This document shows, piece after piece, positions 8,028 through 16,062 of a stretch of DNA of 23,027 nt (positions within the stretch are counted from its first letter, which is position 1; the number at the start of each line of letters is the position of its first letter). A program made the position numbers and the translations under genes. Below the pieces are notes generated by a model. That model ran no database searches and was not told the DNA's origin. It was given only the letters and a program-made list of their open reading frames with translations. The stretch is from assembly GCA_003345595.1 (NCBI GenBank), contig PRDI01000023.1, forward strand, positions 1 to 23,027. The letters run 5' to 3'. This DNA comes from Candidatus Thorarchaeota archaeon (GTDB lineage Archaea > Asgardarchaeota > Thorarchaeia > Thorarchaeales > Thorarchaeaceae).

Positions 8028-9857
8028 CTACTCAGCCTTCTCACGCAGTTCTCTGCGGAGGACTTTGCCGACCATCGTCTTCGGCAGGGTTTCCACAAAC
8101 TCAACCTCAGTGGGCACCTTGTATGCTGCCATCTTCTCTTTGCAGAACTTGCGGATCTCATCCACAGTGGCTGTCTTGCCTGCCTGCAGGACGATGAAGG
8201 CCTTCACTGTTTCGCCACGCACCTTGTCAGGAACTCCGATGACTGCGGCTTCCTTGACAGCTGGATGCTCAAAGAGAATCTCCTCGACGTCTCGCGGCCA
8301 TACCTTGAACCCGGAAGCGTTGATGAGGTCTTTCTTCCTGTCCACAATGTATGTCCAGCCATCTTTGTCCATCTTTGCGATGTCGCCAGTCAGTAGCCAT
8401 CCGTCCTTTGACAGAACCGCTGCAGTCTCATCAGGCCGATTGTGATACCCAAGCATGACCTGTGGTCCCTTAACAGAAAGCTCACCAATCTCGTCAGGTC
8501 CCAGAACCTTAGAGGAGTTCTCGAGGTCCACAATCCTTGAGTACGTGCTCGGGAACGGAAGCCCAATTGATCCAATCCTTCTGAGGGTCTTGTCGAGCGG
8601 GTTTGCGTGAGTCACAGGCGAGGCCTCAGTGAGGCCGTAGCCTTCTATGATGATTGCGCCGGTTGCATCTTCGAATCTCTTCGTCACTTCAGCCGGGAGT
8701 GCCATTGCTCCTGCAATAGCGAGCTTGAGAGAGGTCAGCTTATACTTCTTGACCTCAGGGTGGCTGTAGATTCCAATCGCCATCGTGGCTACAGTCGGGA
8801 AGAAGGTTGGTTTGTACTTGTCAATCGATGCCAACACATGCTTGACATCGCGTGGGTTGGGTATGAGAATGATGGCGCCCGCCCACGACAGAGCAAGATT
8901 CATGCATATGGTCTGCCCGAAGATGTGCTGCAATGGGAGAGCAGCCACGAAAATCTCCTTCCCCTTTGTTGATATCCAGTCCATCCACGCACCACACTGA
9001 CAGCAGTTGGCCTTCAGATTGTTGTGTGTGAGCATCGCGGCTTTCGGTGTTCCTGTGGTTCCACCAGTGAACTGAAAGACCGCAATGTCCTTTGCAGGAT
9101 CGATTACGACTTTGGGTACGTCGGTGCCAGCACTTGAAAGAAAATCAAGCCAGTACTGATCACCTTCTGCGAGGGGTGGGACTTCCTTCATCTCTTTCTT
9201 GAACTTGGTCTTTGGAGCGAGAACCCGCTTTATCTTGCTTAGGGGGTCCCAAGCTGCGGTAACGATGACATTCTCCAAGTTCGTTTCCTTGCGTACTTCC
9301 TCGACAATGTGATAGAAGAAGTTCAGAACGACCATGGTTTTCGCCTTCGTGTCCTGCAGGAATATCCTCAGTTCTTTGGCCACACTCAGCGGGCTGATCG
9401 GCGTAACCGTGGCACCACACTTCAATGCACCAAAGTAGGCAATCACAAACTGAGGAACGTTTGGAAGCATGATGGCAACTGTGTCGCCCTTCTTTACCCC
9501 AAGCTTTGCGAAGCCGTTTGCGGCCCTCTTGATCATCTCATCTAGCTGCTTGTAGGTTATCGTTATTCCCTCGTAGATCAGGGCCTGATTATTCGGATAC
9601 TCTGCGATCGACTTATCCAGTTCGACCCAGAGAGGGCCTTCTCGTATCTCAATGTCGGCTGGAGTCTTACCCACATAGAATTTCAGCCACGGTCTGCCGT
9701 CCTTGGACAGAGCGGCAGCTGCCGGAGTAGGAGCTGGCTTCGGTGCAGCTGAAGCCGCTGGGACAGGAGCTGTCTTTGGTTTCTCCTCCTTCGGAGCAGT
9801 GGCTATCTTTCGCTTCTTTGGCTTCTCTTCCTGAGGTTTGTCATCTTTCTCGGCCAT
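8028..9857 (-). CDS. fadD: Long-chain-fatty-acid--CoA ligase (ANL adenylate-forming enzyme)
   Basis: P-loop FTGGTTGTPKAA, EGYGLTEASP, GWLLTGDIA, VDRKKDLI..GFKVWP and LPKT.VGK. N-terminal RPWLKFY is typical of FadD-like ligases. Confidence 0.93.
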   Translation of the reverse strand: MAEKDDKPQEEKPKKRKIATAPKEEKPKTAPVPAASAAPKPAPTPAAAALSKDGRPWLKFYVGKTPADIEIREGPLWVELDKSIAEYPNNQALIYEGITITYKQLDEMIKRAANGFAKLGVKKGDTVAIMLPNVPQFVIAYFGALKCGATVTPISPLSVAKELRIFLQDTKAKTMVVLNFFYHIVEEVRKETNLENVIVTAAWDPLSKIKRVLAPKTKFKKEMKEVPPLAEGDQYWLDFLSSAGTDVPKVVIDPAKDIAVFQFTGGTTGTPKAAMLTHNNLKANCCQCGAWMDWISTKGKEIFVAALPLQHIFGQTICMNLALSWAGAIILIPNPRDVKHVLASIDKYKPTFFPTVATMAIGIYSHPEVKKYKLTSLKLAIAGAMALPAEVTKRFEDATGAIIIEGYGLTEASPVTHANPLDKTLRRIGSIGLPFPSTYSRIVDLENSSKVLGPDEIGELSVKGPQVMLGYHNRPDETAAVLSKDGWLLTGDIAKMDKDGWTYIVDRKKDLINASGFKVWPRDVEEILFEHPAVKEAAVIGVPDKVRGETVKAFIVLQAGKTATVDEIRKFCKEKMAAYKVPTEVEFVETLPKTMVGKVLRRELREKAE

Positions 9858-9880
9858 TCTATTACCTCTTCTAGCAGGTA

Positions 9881-9908
9881 AACGTAGGATGGTCTTCTAA
9901 CGTAGGAT
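9881..9908. promoter_or_regulatory. Direct repeat AACGTAGGAT x2, candidate operator upstream of the fadD-like gene
   Basis: Exact 10-bp copies at 9881-9890 and 9899-9908, next to an AT-rich GATAAA element on the minus strand. Partial third copy AACGTAAGA at 9972. Confidence 0.35.
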
Positions 9909-10174
9909 TTATCCCTTCCGCCAGGCCTTCGGGGCAAAGATAGCTGAACCGAAGGAAGGGGGTTTGCATTGAACGTAAGAGCGGATAAGAATGCCAGTGT
10001 TCTAGGGAGTTGGTCGTCAGTTCATCGGTTTCCGACAGGTCTGTAGTTTCAGACCTGATTGCCTGAACAGCCCCCGCTCAGGGACGATGGGCTGGATACG
10101 ATTGGATTGCCTTACTCTTGACGGAAATGTGGTCGGTTCTGCCTCGAGCAAACGCGGGTTCAGCCGCAGTCCAA

Positions 10175-11377
10175 TCATATCTTTTGCCAGAGTGCCTCTC
10201 TCAGACAGACCCGGAGACCTCTCAGTGCGATGGATCCAATCTTGTTTCCTTCGCCATCGGACCCAGACATGAAAGACGCAGCCATCTTCTGTAGCTCAGT
10301 GTCTCTGTTTCCTATCTCGAACAGGACTCCAGCAAAGGGACCTGTGAAAAGTTTCTGGGCTACAAGCTGGCCTCTTACTGCACTTCCGAATTCTCGGTGC
10401 CAAGCCTGCTGGTAACGCATCAATGAATCAGCCTCGAGATGATCATGCTCGAGAGCTCTCCCAAGGATTACACCTGCTACTCTGCCAGCATGCATAGCAT
10501 AGGCTATTCCCCCACCGGTCAGAGGATTGACCATTCCTGCTGAGTCGCCTACGAGTAGACAACGACGTGTGAAGCTCACTGCTATTGGTCCTGATGTGGG
10601 TACGAGTGCTCCTCTTGCCCTGGATAAGTCAGTATTCTCGGAGATGAGACTGCTGCGTTTCAACATCCTAGTGAATAGTGAGAATAGCGAGGCCAGTCGG
10701 CGAGCATGACTCGCTACAACACCTAGGCCAACATTCACAGTGCTACGCTTTGGGAGCACCCACCCGTATCCCGGCAATCCACCTACATTTGTGAAGAGAT
10801 GGTACTCCCTATCCTGCCCATACCTACTGCCTATGTCCGATTCGGTAGTTGGGACCTCCTTGACCTTGCAGGCAGTGACTGATCTCGAAGGCCATCGTCT
10901 ATTAAGATTCGTCTGCCGGGCAACAACACTGCTGACGCCGTCAGCGCCAATTACCGCTCTGGCCGTGATCTCCTTACCCTGAGAGCTAAGAACGGCGACA
11001 GAGTCACGGTTGATTCTGACAGATACGACGTTAAATGGTGCTGTAGGGCAGGCGCCTGCTTCGATTGCCAGACGAAACAACGTGGAGTCAAAGTCTGTCC
11101 TCAGAGTCATAATCATATCAGACCGTCCTGTGAGAACAACGTGCCCATTTGGGGAGTGAATGACACCGCAGTGTGATACACTATTGATGAAGTCCGATGA
11201 CCTGCGACGAACATAGGGGAACTCGCTAAGCAAGCGTGGCGAAAAGCCGCCACCACATGGTTTGTCGCGAGGGAAGATGCTCCTGTCAATCAGACAGACG
11301 TTGAAGCCCATCTTCGCAAGTTGCCTGCCAGCGGTGGATCCGCCCGGACCTGCTCCCACTATAGCGATATCATACAT
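10175..11377 (-). CDS. Geranylgeranyl reductase family FAD-dependent oxidoreductase
   Basis: YDIAIVGAGPGG, PRDKPCGGG, RTDFD, IGADG, PGYGWVLP and VGDSAGMVNPLTGGGI. Confidence 0.92.
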   Translation of the reverse strand: MYDIAIVGAGPGGSTAGRQLAKMGFNVCLIDRSIFPRDKPCGGGFSPRLLSEFPYVRRRSSDFINSVSHCGVIHSPNGHVVLTGRSDMIMTLRTDFDSTLFRLAIEAGACPTAPFNVVSVRINRDSVAVLSSQGKEITARAVIGADGVSSVVARQTNLNRRWPSRSVTACKVKEVPTTESDIGSRYGQDREYHLFTNVGGLPGYGWVLPKRSTVNVGLGVVASHARRLASLFSLFTRMLKRSSLISENTDLSRARGALVPTSGPIAVSFTRRCLLVGDSAGMVNPLTGGGIAYAMHAGRVAGVILGRALEHDHLEADSLMRYQQAWHREFGSAVRGQLVAQKLFTGPFAGVLFEIGNRDTELQKMAASFMSGSDGEGNKIGSIALRGLRVCLREALWQKI

Positions 11378-11463
11378 CTACTAGACCTCTTCACGCGTGG
11401 AATCGCGCACATCAATGGTGAACCTTCAGATTCTAGTAAGAGCAGCAAACACCTTCAACCAGA

Positions 11464-12381
11464 TTAGGGCTTGGGCGGCTTGAGATAGACCTCGAATACA
11501 CCAGTCCAAAGCTGGCTTGTTTCTTCGGCCCTTATGAGGAGGTCACTATTGAAGTTCACTCCGACAGGTCTTGCCTTGCTCTTCTTCCACACGTCTGCGA
11601 ATATAATGGAGTGCACCTTGTTCTGGAAGTCCTCGGTGACCCGCGAGATCATTCTCTCAGTGTACGCTTGGTCAATGCCTTGGGCTGTCAAGTCCGCTGT
11701 TGGCCTGAAAACACGTTCTTTGCTGACAGCTCCTACACTCTTGTCAAAGACATAACCGATTCCCCCAACGAAGTAGAACACTCCGTGAGGAACACTTGGT
11801 TCATCACCGATCACTATGATGTCCCCGCCAGCCAGACTGACATACAGCGGCTCGGCGACGGTGAAGGGAATAGATGCCGCTTCGACCGATACGTCGTCCA
11901 TGCCTAGGTCCCGTTTCAGAAACACACCGAGCGTCTTCACTTGTCTGTCCAGTCTGAACGGCGTCAGGTCCCCGCCAAACACAACGTTTCTGGCTTTCTT
12001 GATGAGAAGGTCGATAATACTCTGACACTTCTTGAGAAACTCAATTCGCTGATCTTGTTTGTTTAGGAGCCGCTTGGCTGAAATCACAGCTCTGACATAT
12101 TCGATGTCCTTGAAATCAGAGATGATTGTCTTGGTCAAGTAGGCGCTGGCCTCAGTCTCGTTGAAACCTTCAAGTAGAGCCAGTTCTTTTGGTATTCGTT
12201 TTCCAAGATGAACCTGGCATGGGGCGTCGCTATCCCGGGCTTTGAAAAAGACACTAATGTCGAGTCCGAGTCGGGGGATGTCTGTGAATTGTTTCACATA
12301 GGGGCCATCTGGCACGATTTCTCGCGCCCTTGACTTCTGATAGATCTGGGCATACCTGGCAAACACATCGGCGCGTGACAT
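11464..12381 (-). CDS. Hypothetical soluble protein (about 305 aa)
   Basis: Long ORF with protein-like composition filling the gap between genes. Likely start is ATG 12381 (MSRADVFARY) after GAAAGTGA; the track extension to 12528 looks non-coding. Confidence 0.75.
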   Translation of the reverse strand: MSRADVFARYAQIYQKSRAREIVPDGPYVKQFTDIPRLGLDISVFFKARDSDAPCQVHLGKRIPKELALLEGFNETEASAYLTKTIISDFKDIEYVRAVISAKRLLNKQDQRIEFLKKCQSIIDLLIKKARNVVFGGDLTPFRLDRQVKTLGVFLKRDLGMDDVSVEAASIPFTVAEPLYVSLAGGDIIVIGDEPSVPHGVFYFVGGIGYVFDKSVGAVSKERVFRPTADLTAQGIDQAYTERMISRVTEDFQNKVHSIIFADVWKKSKARPVGVNFNSDLLIRAEETSQLWTGVFEVYLKPPKP

Positions 12382-12558
12382 TTCACTTTCATCCAGATAC
12401 TGTTGGTTTCGACAACCACTATTATCTCTTGTCGTCAATGGACTCAGAGAGTCTGTCGGCCACAATCTATAAAGACTCGGCGGGCTCCCCTCAGATGCGC
12501 AGTACTCGTCCGTCTGGCAAGGCCCCATGTAGGTCTACCATCACGCAGGTGAGCTAGT

Positions 12559-12861
12559 TTGGACAGAAAGAGAAGCGCACTCGTGTTCCTTGTCGTTGGG
12601 ATTGTTCTGTTTGTGCTTTCGATGTTCTATCTGCTGCCCTTGGAAGGACTCTATGTGCCCGCGCTTGTTATCATGTTCGCCGGAGTCATCATGATAGGAA
12701 TAGGTGGCGCCGTGCTCAAAGGCATCGATCGGTCGCTTGGCATACCAGAGGGAGAATGCAGATTCTGTAAGGGCACCGGGAGAATCTCGGACCCAACGGG
12801 AACAGCAACTTGTCCTCGGTGCGGTGGCACGGGCAAGGCAAGGGCTGATGACAAGGGCTGA
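12559..12861 (+). CDS. Small 2-TM membrane protein with a DnaJ-type zinc finger (2x CxxCxGxG)
   Basis: Two hydrophobic helices followed by CRFCKGTG...CPRCGGTG. TTG start after GGTGA. Confidence 0.82.
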   Translation: MDRKRSALVFLVVGIVLFVLSMFYLLPLEGLYVPALVIMFAGVIMIGIGGAVLKGIDRSLGIPEGECRFCKGTGRISDPTGTATCPRCGGTGKARADDKG

Positions 12862-12879
12862 AAGCTGTATTAGTCTGTT

Positions 12880-13638
12880 ATGCGTGAGTTCAAAACGGAG
12901 AGAGTTGAAGTGCCGCGGCCGATAGTCATTGGGCACCGAGGTACATCGGCATACGCCCCCGAGAACACGTTGTTGTCTTACGAAACTGCGTGGAAGATGA
13001 AGGCAGACATGGTCGAGCTTGATGTACGCAGTACTATCGATGGAGGCCTAGTATGCATTCATGACAAGGATGTTTCCAAGACAACAAACGGCAAGGGACT
13101 GGTCGCGAAGCTGACTCTAAAAGAACTAAGAAGCCTTGATGCAGGTAAAGGGCAGAAGGTGCCGCTGCTGAGCGAGGTACTGGACATGGCACGTGGTAAA
13201 TTCGGCGTCAACATAGAGATCAAAGTGCCTGACGTGGAGAATGCTATTCTCAAACTAGTGAAGGAGCGCTGCATGCTAAGGTCAATCATCTTTTCATCTT
13301 TCACTCATAGCATACTTACTGTCGTACGCGGCCTGGAGTCTGAGGCGTTCATGGCTGTGCTGTACGAAGAGTCTATGGATGACCCAGTAACCTATGCCTG
13401 TAACCTAAAGGCCAATGCCATCAACCCACTGTTTCTCATCTTGGAACCAGCAATAATACAGTCAGCTCGAAAAGCTGGGTTAAGGGTATATCCTTGGACT
13501 GTCGACGATGGTGGCATTATGACTGAGTTCCTTAACATGGGTGTCGACGGGCTGATAACTAACTGCCCCGATGTAGGCGTGAGAGCAGTTGAGGAGTACG
13601 TTGCTGCTCAAACCAGAGATAAACACCTGATTCCTTGA
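12880..13638 (+). CDS. ugpQ: Glycerophosphodiester phosphodiesterase (GDPD, UgpQ/GlpQ family)
   Basis: IGHRG..APENT, ELDV, CIHD, NIEIK, WTVDD and GVDGLITN.P. Confidence 0.93.
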   Translation: MREFKTERVEVPRPIVIGHRGTSAYAPENTLLSYETAWKMKADMVELDVRSTIDGGLVCIHDKDVSKTTNGKGLVAKLTLKELRSLDAGKGQKVPLLSEVLDMARGKFGVNIEIKVPDVENAILKLVKERCMLRSIIFSSFTHSILTVVRGLESEAFMAVLYEESMDDPVTYACNLKANAINPLFLILEPAIIQSARKAGLRVYPWTVDDGGIMTEFLNMGVDGLITNCPDVGVRAVEEYVAAQTRDKHLIP

Positions 13639-13650
13639 AAGGCCATGGCA

Positions 13651-13668
13651 GCCACCTTGACAGGTGGC
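13651..13668. terminator. Possible terminator hairpin between convergent genes
   Basis: Perfect 7-bp stem GCCACCT-TGAC-AGGTGGC beginning 13 nt after the GDPD stop. No clear U-tract. Confidence 0.25.
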
Positions 13669-13738
13669 CACACCCAATGGACTTTGACTCTTCCTCTGAC
13701 GACTGTTGAGGAGCGCCGATAGTGGCATGTGCGAGTGA

Positions 13739-15715
13739 CTAGGATTCTCCCTTAAGTCCGCCTCTCACCTTGAAGCCCTGCGTGAGCATGCCGAGCCTGG
13801 CTCCCGCCGAAACCCAGGTGAGTATACTTGTGATCTCTATGCCCACTACGAGAATCATCAGAGATGTTATGACACCTGCCACAGCTTGCGCAGATGGGAA
13901 GCCCGAGAAGACATAGAATGCATACAAGGCGACAAAGACACCTGCAAGCAGCCCTGCGGCCGCCGCGACTCTCACATATTGACCTTCGACTTGGTGGCCC
14001 TTCTGTAGGATGTCGCTCCCAAGACTTAGGTTAAGTGAGAGAACCATCACAAAACTCAGTGCATAGAGGGCAAAAGTGAGCGCGGCTGTAGTCAGTGCTT
14101 GATGTGAAACAGTCTCGTTGGACGATATCATGACTATCATCAATGCGAAGAGGGCGCTTATTCCGCCCAACACACCTCCTCCCCTGTATGCTCTACCATA
14201 GCCGAAACCTTCTAGCGCGACGTTTCGAACAAGCAAACATGCCAATACAGCGGCCATTATCGTGGGCCCTTGAATGGCGGGAGGAATGCCGGCTAGGAGC
14301 TCAACATTGAACCATCTGTTGGTGGGCCAGATCGCAGGAGGGCCGCTGCCGAATCCGCCAAGCATGAAGAGGACGAACAGGACTGACGCTGCAATGCTGA
14401 AGATTACTGTTAGAAACATCTGGGAGAAATGTGTGAATCTCCTCACTCTGGTTTCGACCATGAGAGTGCCTTGGGTGATAATGACAAGCCCGTAGCTCAC
14501 TGTTATGACTGAGGCCAGAACATAGGGCCCGACGAGCATGAAGACTGCTGCTATTACCAAGGGTATACCGGTGACGATATCTGTACTTCTTGCATATGCA
14601 CTGCCCATTAGAAGCATCACTGCCGCAGGACACATCGTGAGGAAGACGGCCAGCTCATTGGAGCCTTGAAGACCGGTGCCACTCTGTCCCGCTGCGATAA
14701 CGCCAAAGGCCGCCAGAAACACTGACAGATACTTGATACCGCCCCTAACAATGTCCTCGGAGATTTCGGACGCACGAAGCTCTCTGGCACCCAGCTTGGG
14801 CCCCAGCATGACCCAGAACAACATGGCAGCCAGAAACGCTCCAACATAAGGCGGCAGCGTTGCCCAAGTGGCTGTCCAAGTTGTTGGAGTTTCGACGATG
14901 GCGACTGTCCACCACGGCCGCCACACCTGCACTCCCTGAATCAGTACTACTGGGCCATTGAAAGTCGCGATTGCACCCACAAGGAATGCGAGAAAACCTG
15001 AGAGTCCGAAGCCGAACTTGGCTGGGTCCGTGCTTCTTGCATACTCTTTGATGTGTTTTCGGGGAGCCCACCAGTACATGCTTGCCATAAGCTGACCAAC
15101 AAGTAGGATTGCGTATGCGGCAGCGACGCCTATCACAAGGAAGCCATCCTGTGTCAGGCTGAGCGGGAGAACAGCCAAGAAGAATCCGTTCAGAAGTCCG
15201 GCGCTAAGACCATAGTTCGACTTGCTTGAGCTGACGTAGACTACGGAATTCAGCTGCCAAAGAATCACGAATATGGGCCCAACCATCGACAATGTGGTAA
15301 TGTAGTTCCTCACGGCAGTGATCGAGCTTGAGTTGACAGAGGCACCTGTGTAGATTGTGAAGAGCACAACAAGCGCGGCAATGCATGTCGCAAAGGCAAT
15401 TGATGGGAGACTCGATTCGAGGATTCCGCCAAGTCTTCGGAAGCCCCTCAACTGCAGCAGCAAACCGACGGCCAGCAATCCAAAGAATGCAGTCGAGTAC
15501 AGTACACTCTGTTGATATGCCACAAACGAAGCACCAAGCTTGGGGTAGAGCAAGACAATGCCCAAGGGCATCACGTCAGTAGTCAGTAGGGCTATCAAGC
15601 CAAGAGCAGCAGCGGCTGCACCAAACAGTCCACCCACTCCTGCAAGCTTGTCCAGCCGCCTGTTGAGATTCTCCTCTGCGACTGACAGTTCCCTGGAGGA
15701 AAACGCCTGTGCCAT
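13739..15715 (-). CDS. Large polytopic membrane protein of unknown function (about 658 aa, roughly 17-19 TM)
   Basis: Nearly continuous hydrophobic segments. Likely start is ATG 15715 (MAQAFSS) after GGAGA, with TTTAT about 40 nt upstream. The track start at 15916 would overlap the divergent gene. Confidence 0.82.
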   Translation of the reverse strand: MAQAFSSRELSVAEENLNRRLDKLAGVGGLFGAAAAALGLIALLTTDVMPLGIVLLYPKLGASFVAYQQSVLYSTAFFGLLAVGLLLQLRGFRRLGGILESSLPSIAFATCIAALVVLFTIYTGASVNSSSITAVRNYITTLSMVGPIFVILWQLNSVVYVSSSKSNYGLSAGLLNGFFLAVLPLSLTQDGFLVIGVAAAYAILLVGQLMASMYWWAPRKHIKEYARSTDPAKFGFGLSGFLAFLVGAIATFNGPVVLIQGVQVWRPWWTVAIVETPTTWTATWATLPPYVGAFLAAMLFWVMLGPKLGARELRASEISEDIVRGGIKYLSVFLAAFGVIAAGQSGTGLQGSNELAVFLTMCPAAVMLLMGSAYARSTDIVTGIPLVIAAVFMLVGPYVLASVITVSYGLVIITQGTLMVETRVRRFTHFSQMFLTVIFSIAASVLFVLFMLGGFGSGPPAIWPTNRWFNVELLAGIPPAIQGPTIMAAVLACLLVRNVALEGFGYGRAYRGGGVLGGISALFALMIVMISSNETVSHQALTTAALTFALYALSFVMVLSLNLSLGSDILQKGHQVEGQYVRVAAAAGLLAGVFVALYAFYVFSGFPSAQAVAGVITSLMILVVGIEITSILTWVSAGARLGMLTQGFKVRGGLKGES

Positions 15716-15873
15716 CGATAGTCTCTCCGCTGCCGATGATGCCGCTGGGCGGGGCATAAATAGATATCGGACAACGCGCAGCCTATTGGCCCATTTGTTT
15801 GAAAGCAAGTCTTCTGAGTCTTCATCGGCAATTACAAAAGGTCCGTTGCCGTGTTCTTTCAAACGGTGATTCG

Positions 15874-16020
15874 ATGCCCGAATTTGAACTATACGTGAAA
15901 GGAAAGAAGATACCAATGAACCAGTTTGTGAGCAGCATCGTGCATGACGTTCTGATGGCAGTCCTCTCCAACATGAAGGATGTCAGTCTCGACCACATCA
16001 AGAAGATTGAAGTTACGTGA
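15874..16020 (+). CDS. 48-aa protein resembling the C-terminal domain of archaeal/bacterial MobB-type proteins
   Basis: ATG 15874 after GGTGA. MPEFELYVKGKKIPMNQFVSSIVHDVLMAVLSNMK fits the recalled pattern LxVxGKxIPxNxFVxxI..L..L. Lies immediately upstream of the AOR gene. Confidence 0.65.
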   Translation: MPEFELYVKGKKIPMNQFVSSIVHDVLMAVLSNMKDVSLDHIKKIEVT

Positions 16021-16062
16021 AGGCGACATCTGACTATTCACTTTCAGGATGAGGTCAAGTTC

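Noticed and set aside
9800-9825. NLS-like PKKRKI in the FadD N-terminal extension
   Set aside because: Expected by chance in a Lys-rich tract, and there is no nucleus.
10010-10060. Hammerhead-like words on the minus strand (GAAAC...GTC...CTGACGA)
   Set aside because: Stems I and III cannot be formed around the core.
12541-12936. 131-aa minus-strand ORF and the other short overlapping ORFs in the track
   Set aside because: They lie antisense or out of frame to well-supported genes and have no recognisable motifs.
15716-15916. Track N-terminal extensions of the 725-aa ORF (and likewise the 602-, 354-, 141- and 73-aa ORFs)
   Set aside because: They overlap neighbouring genes or promoter regions; downstream starts fit better.
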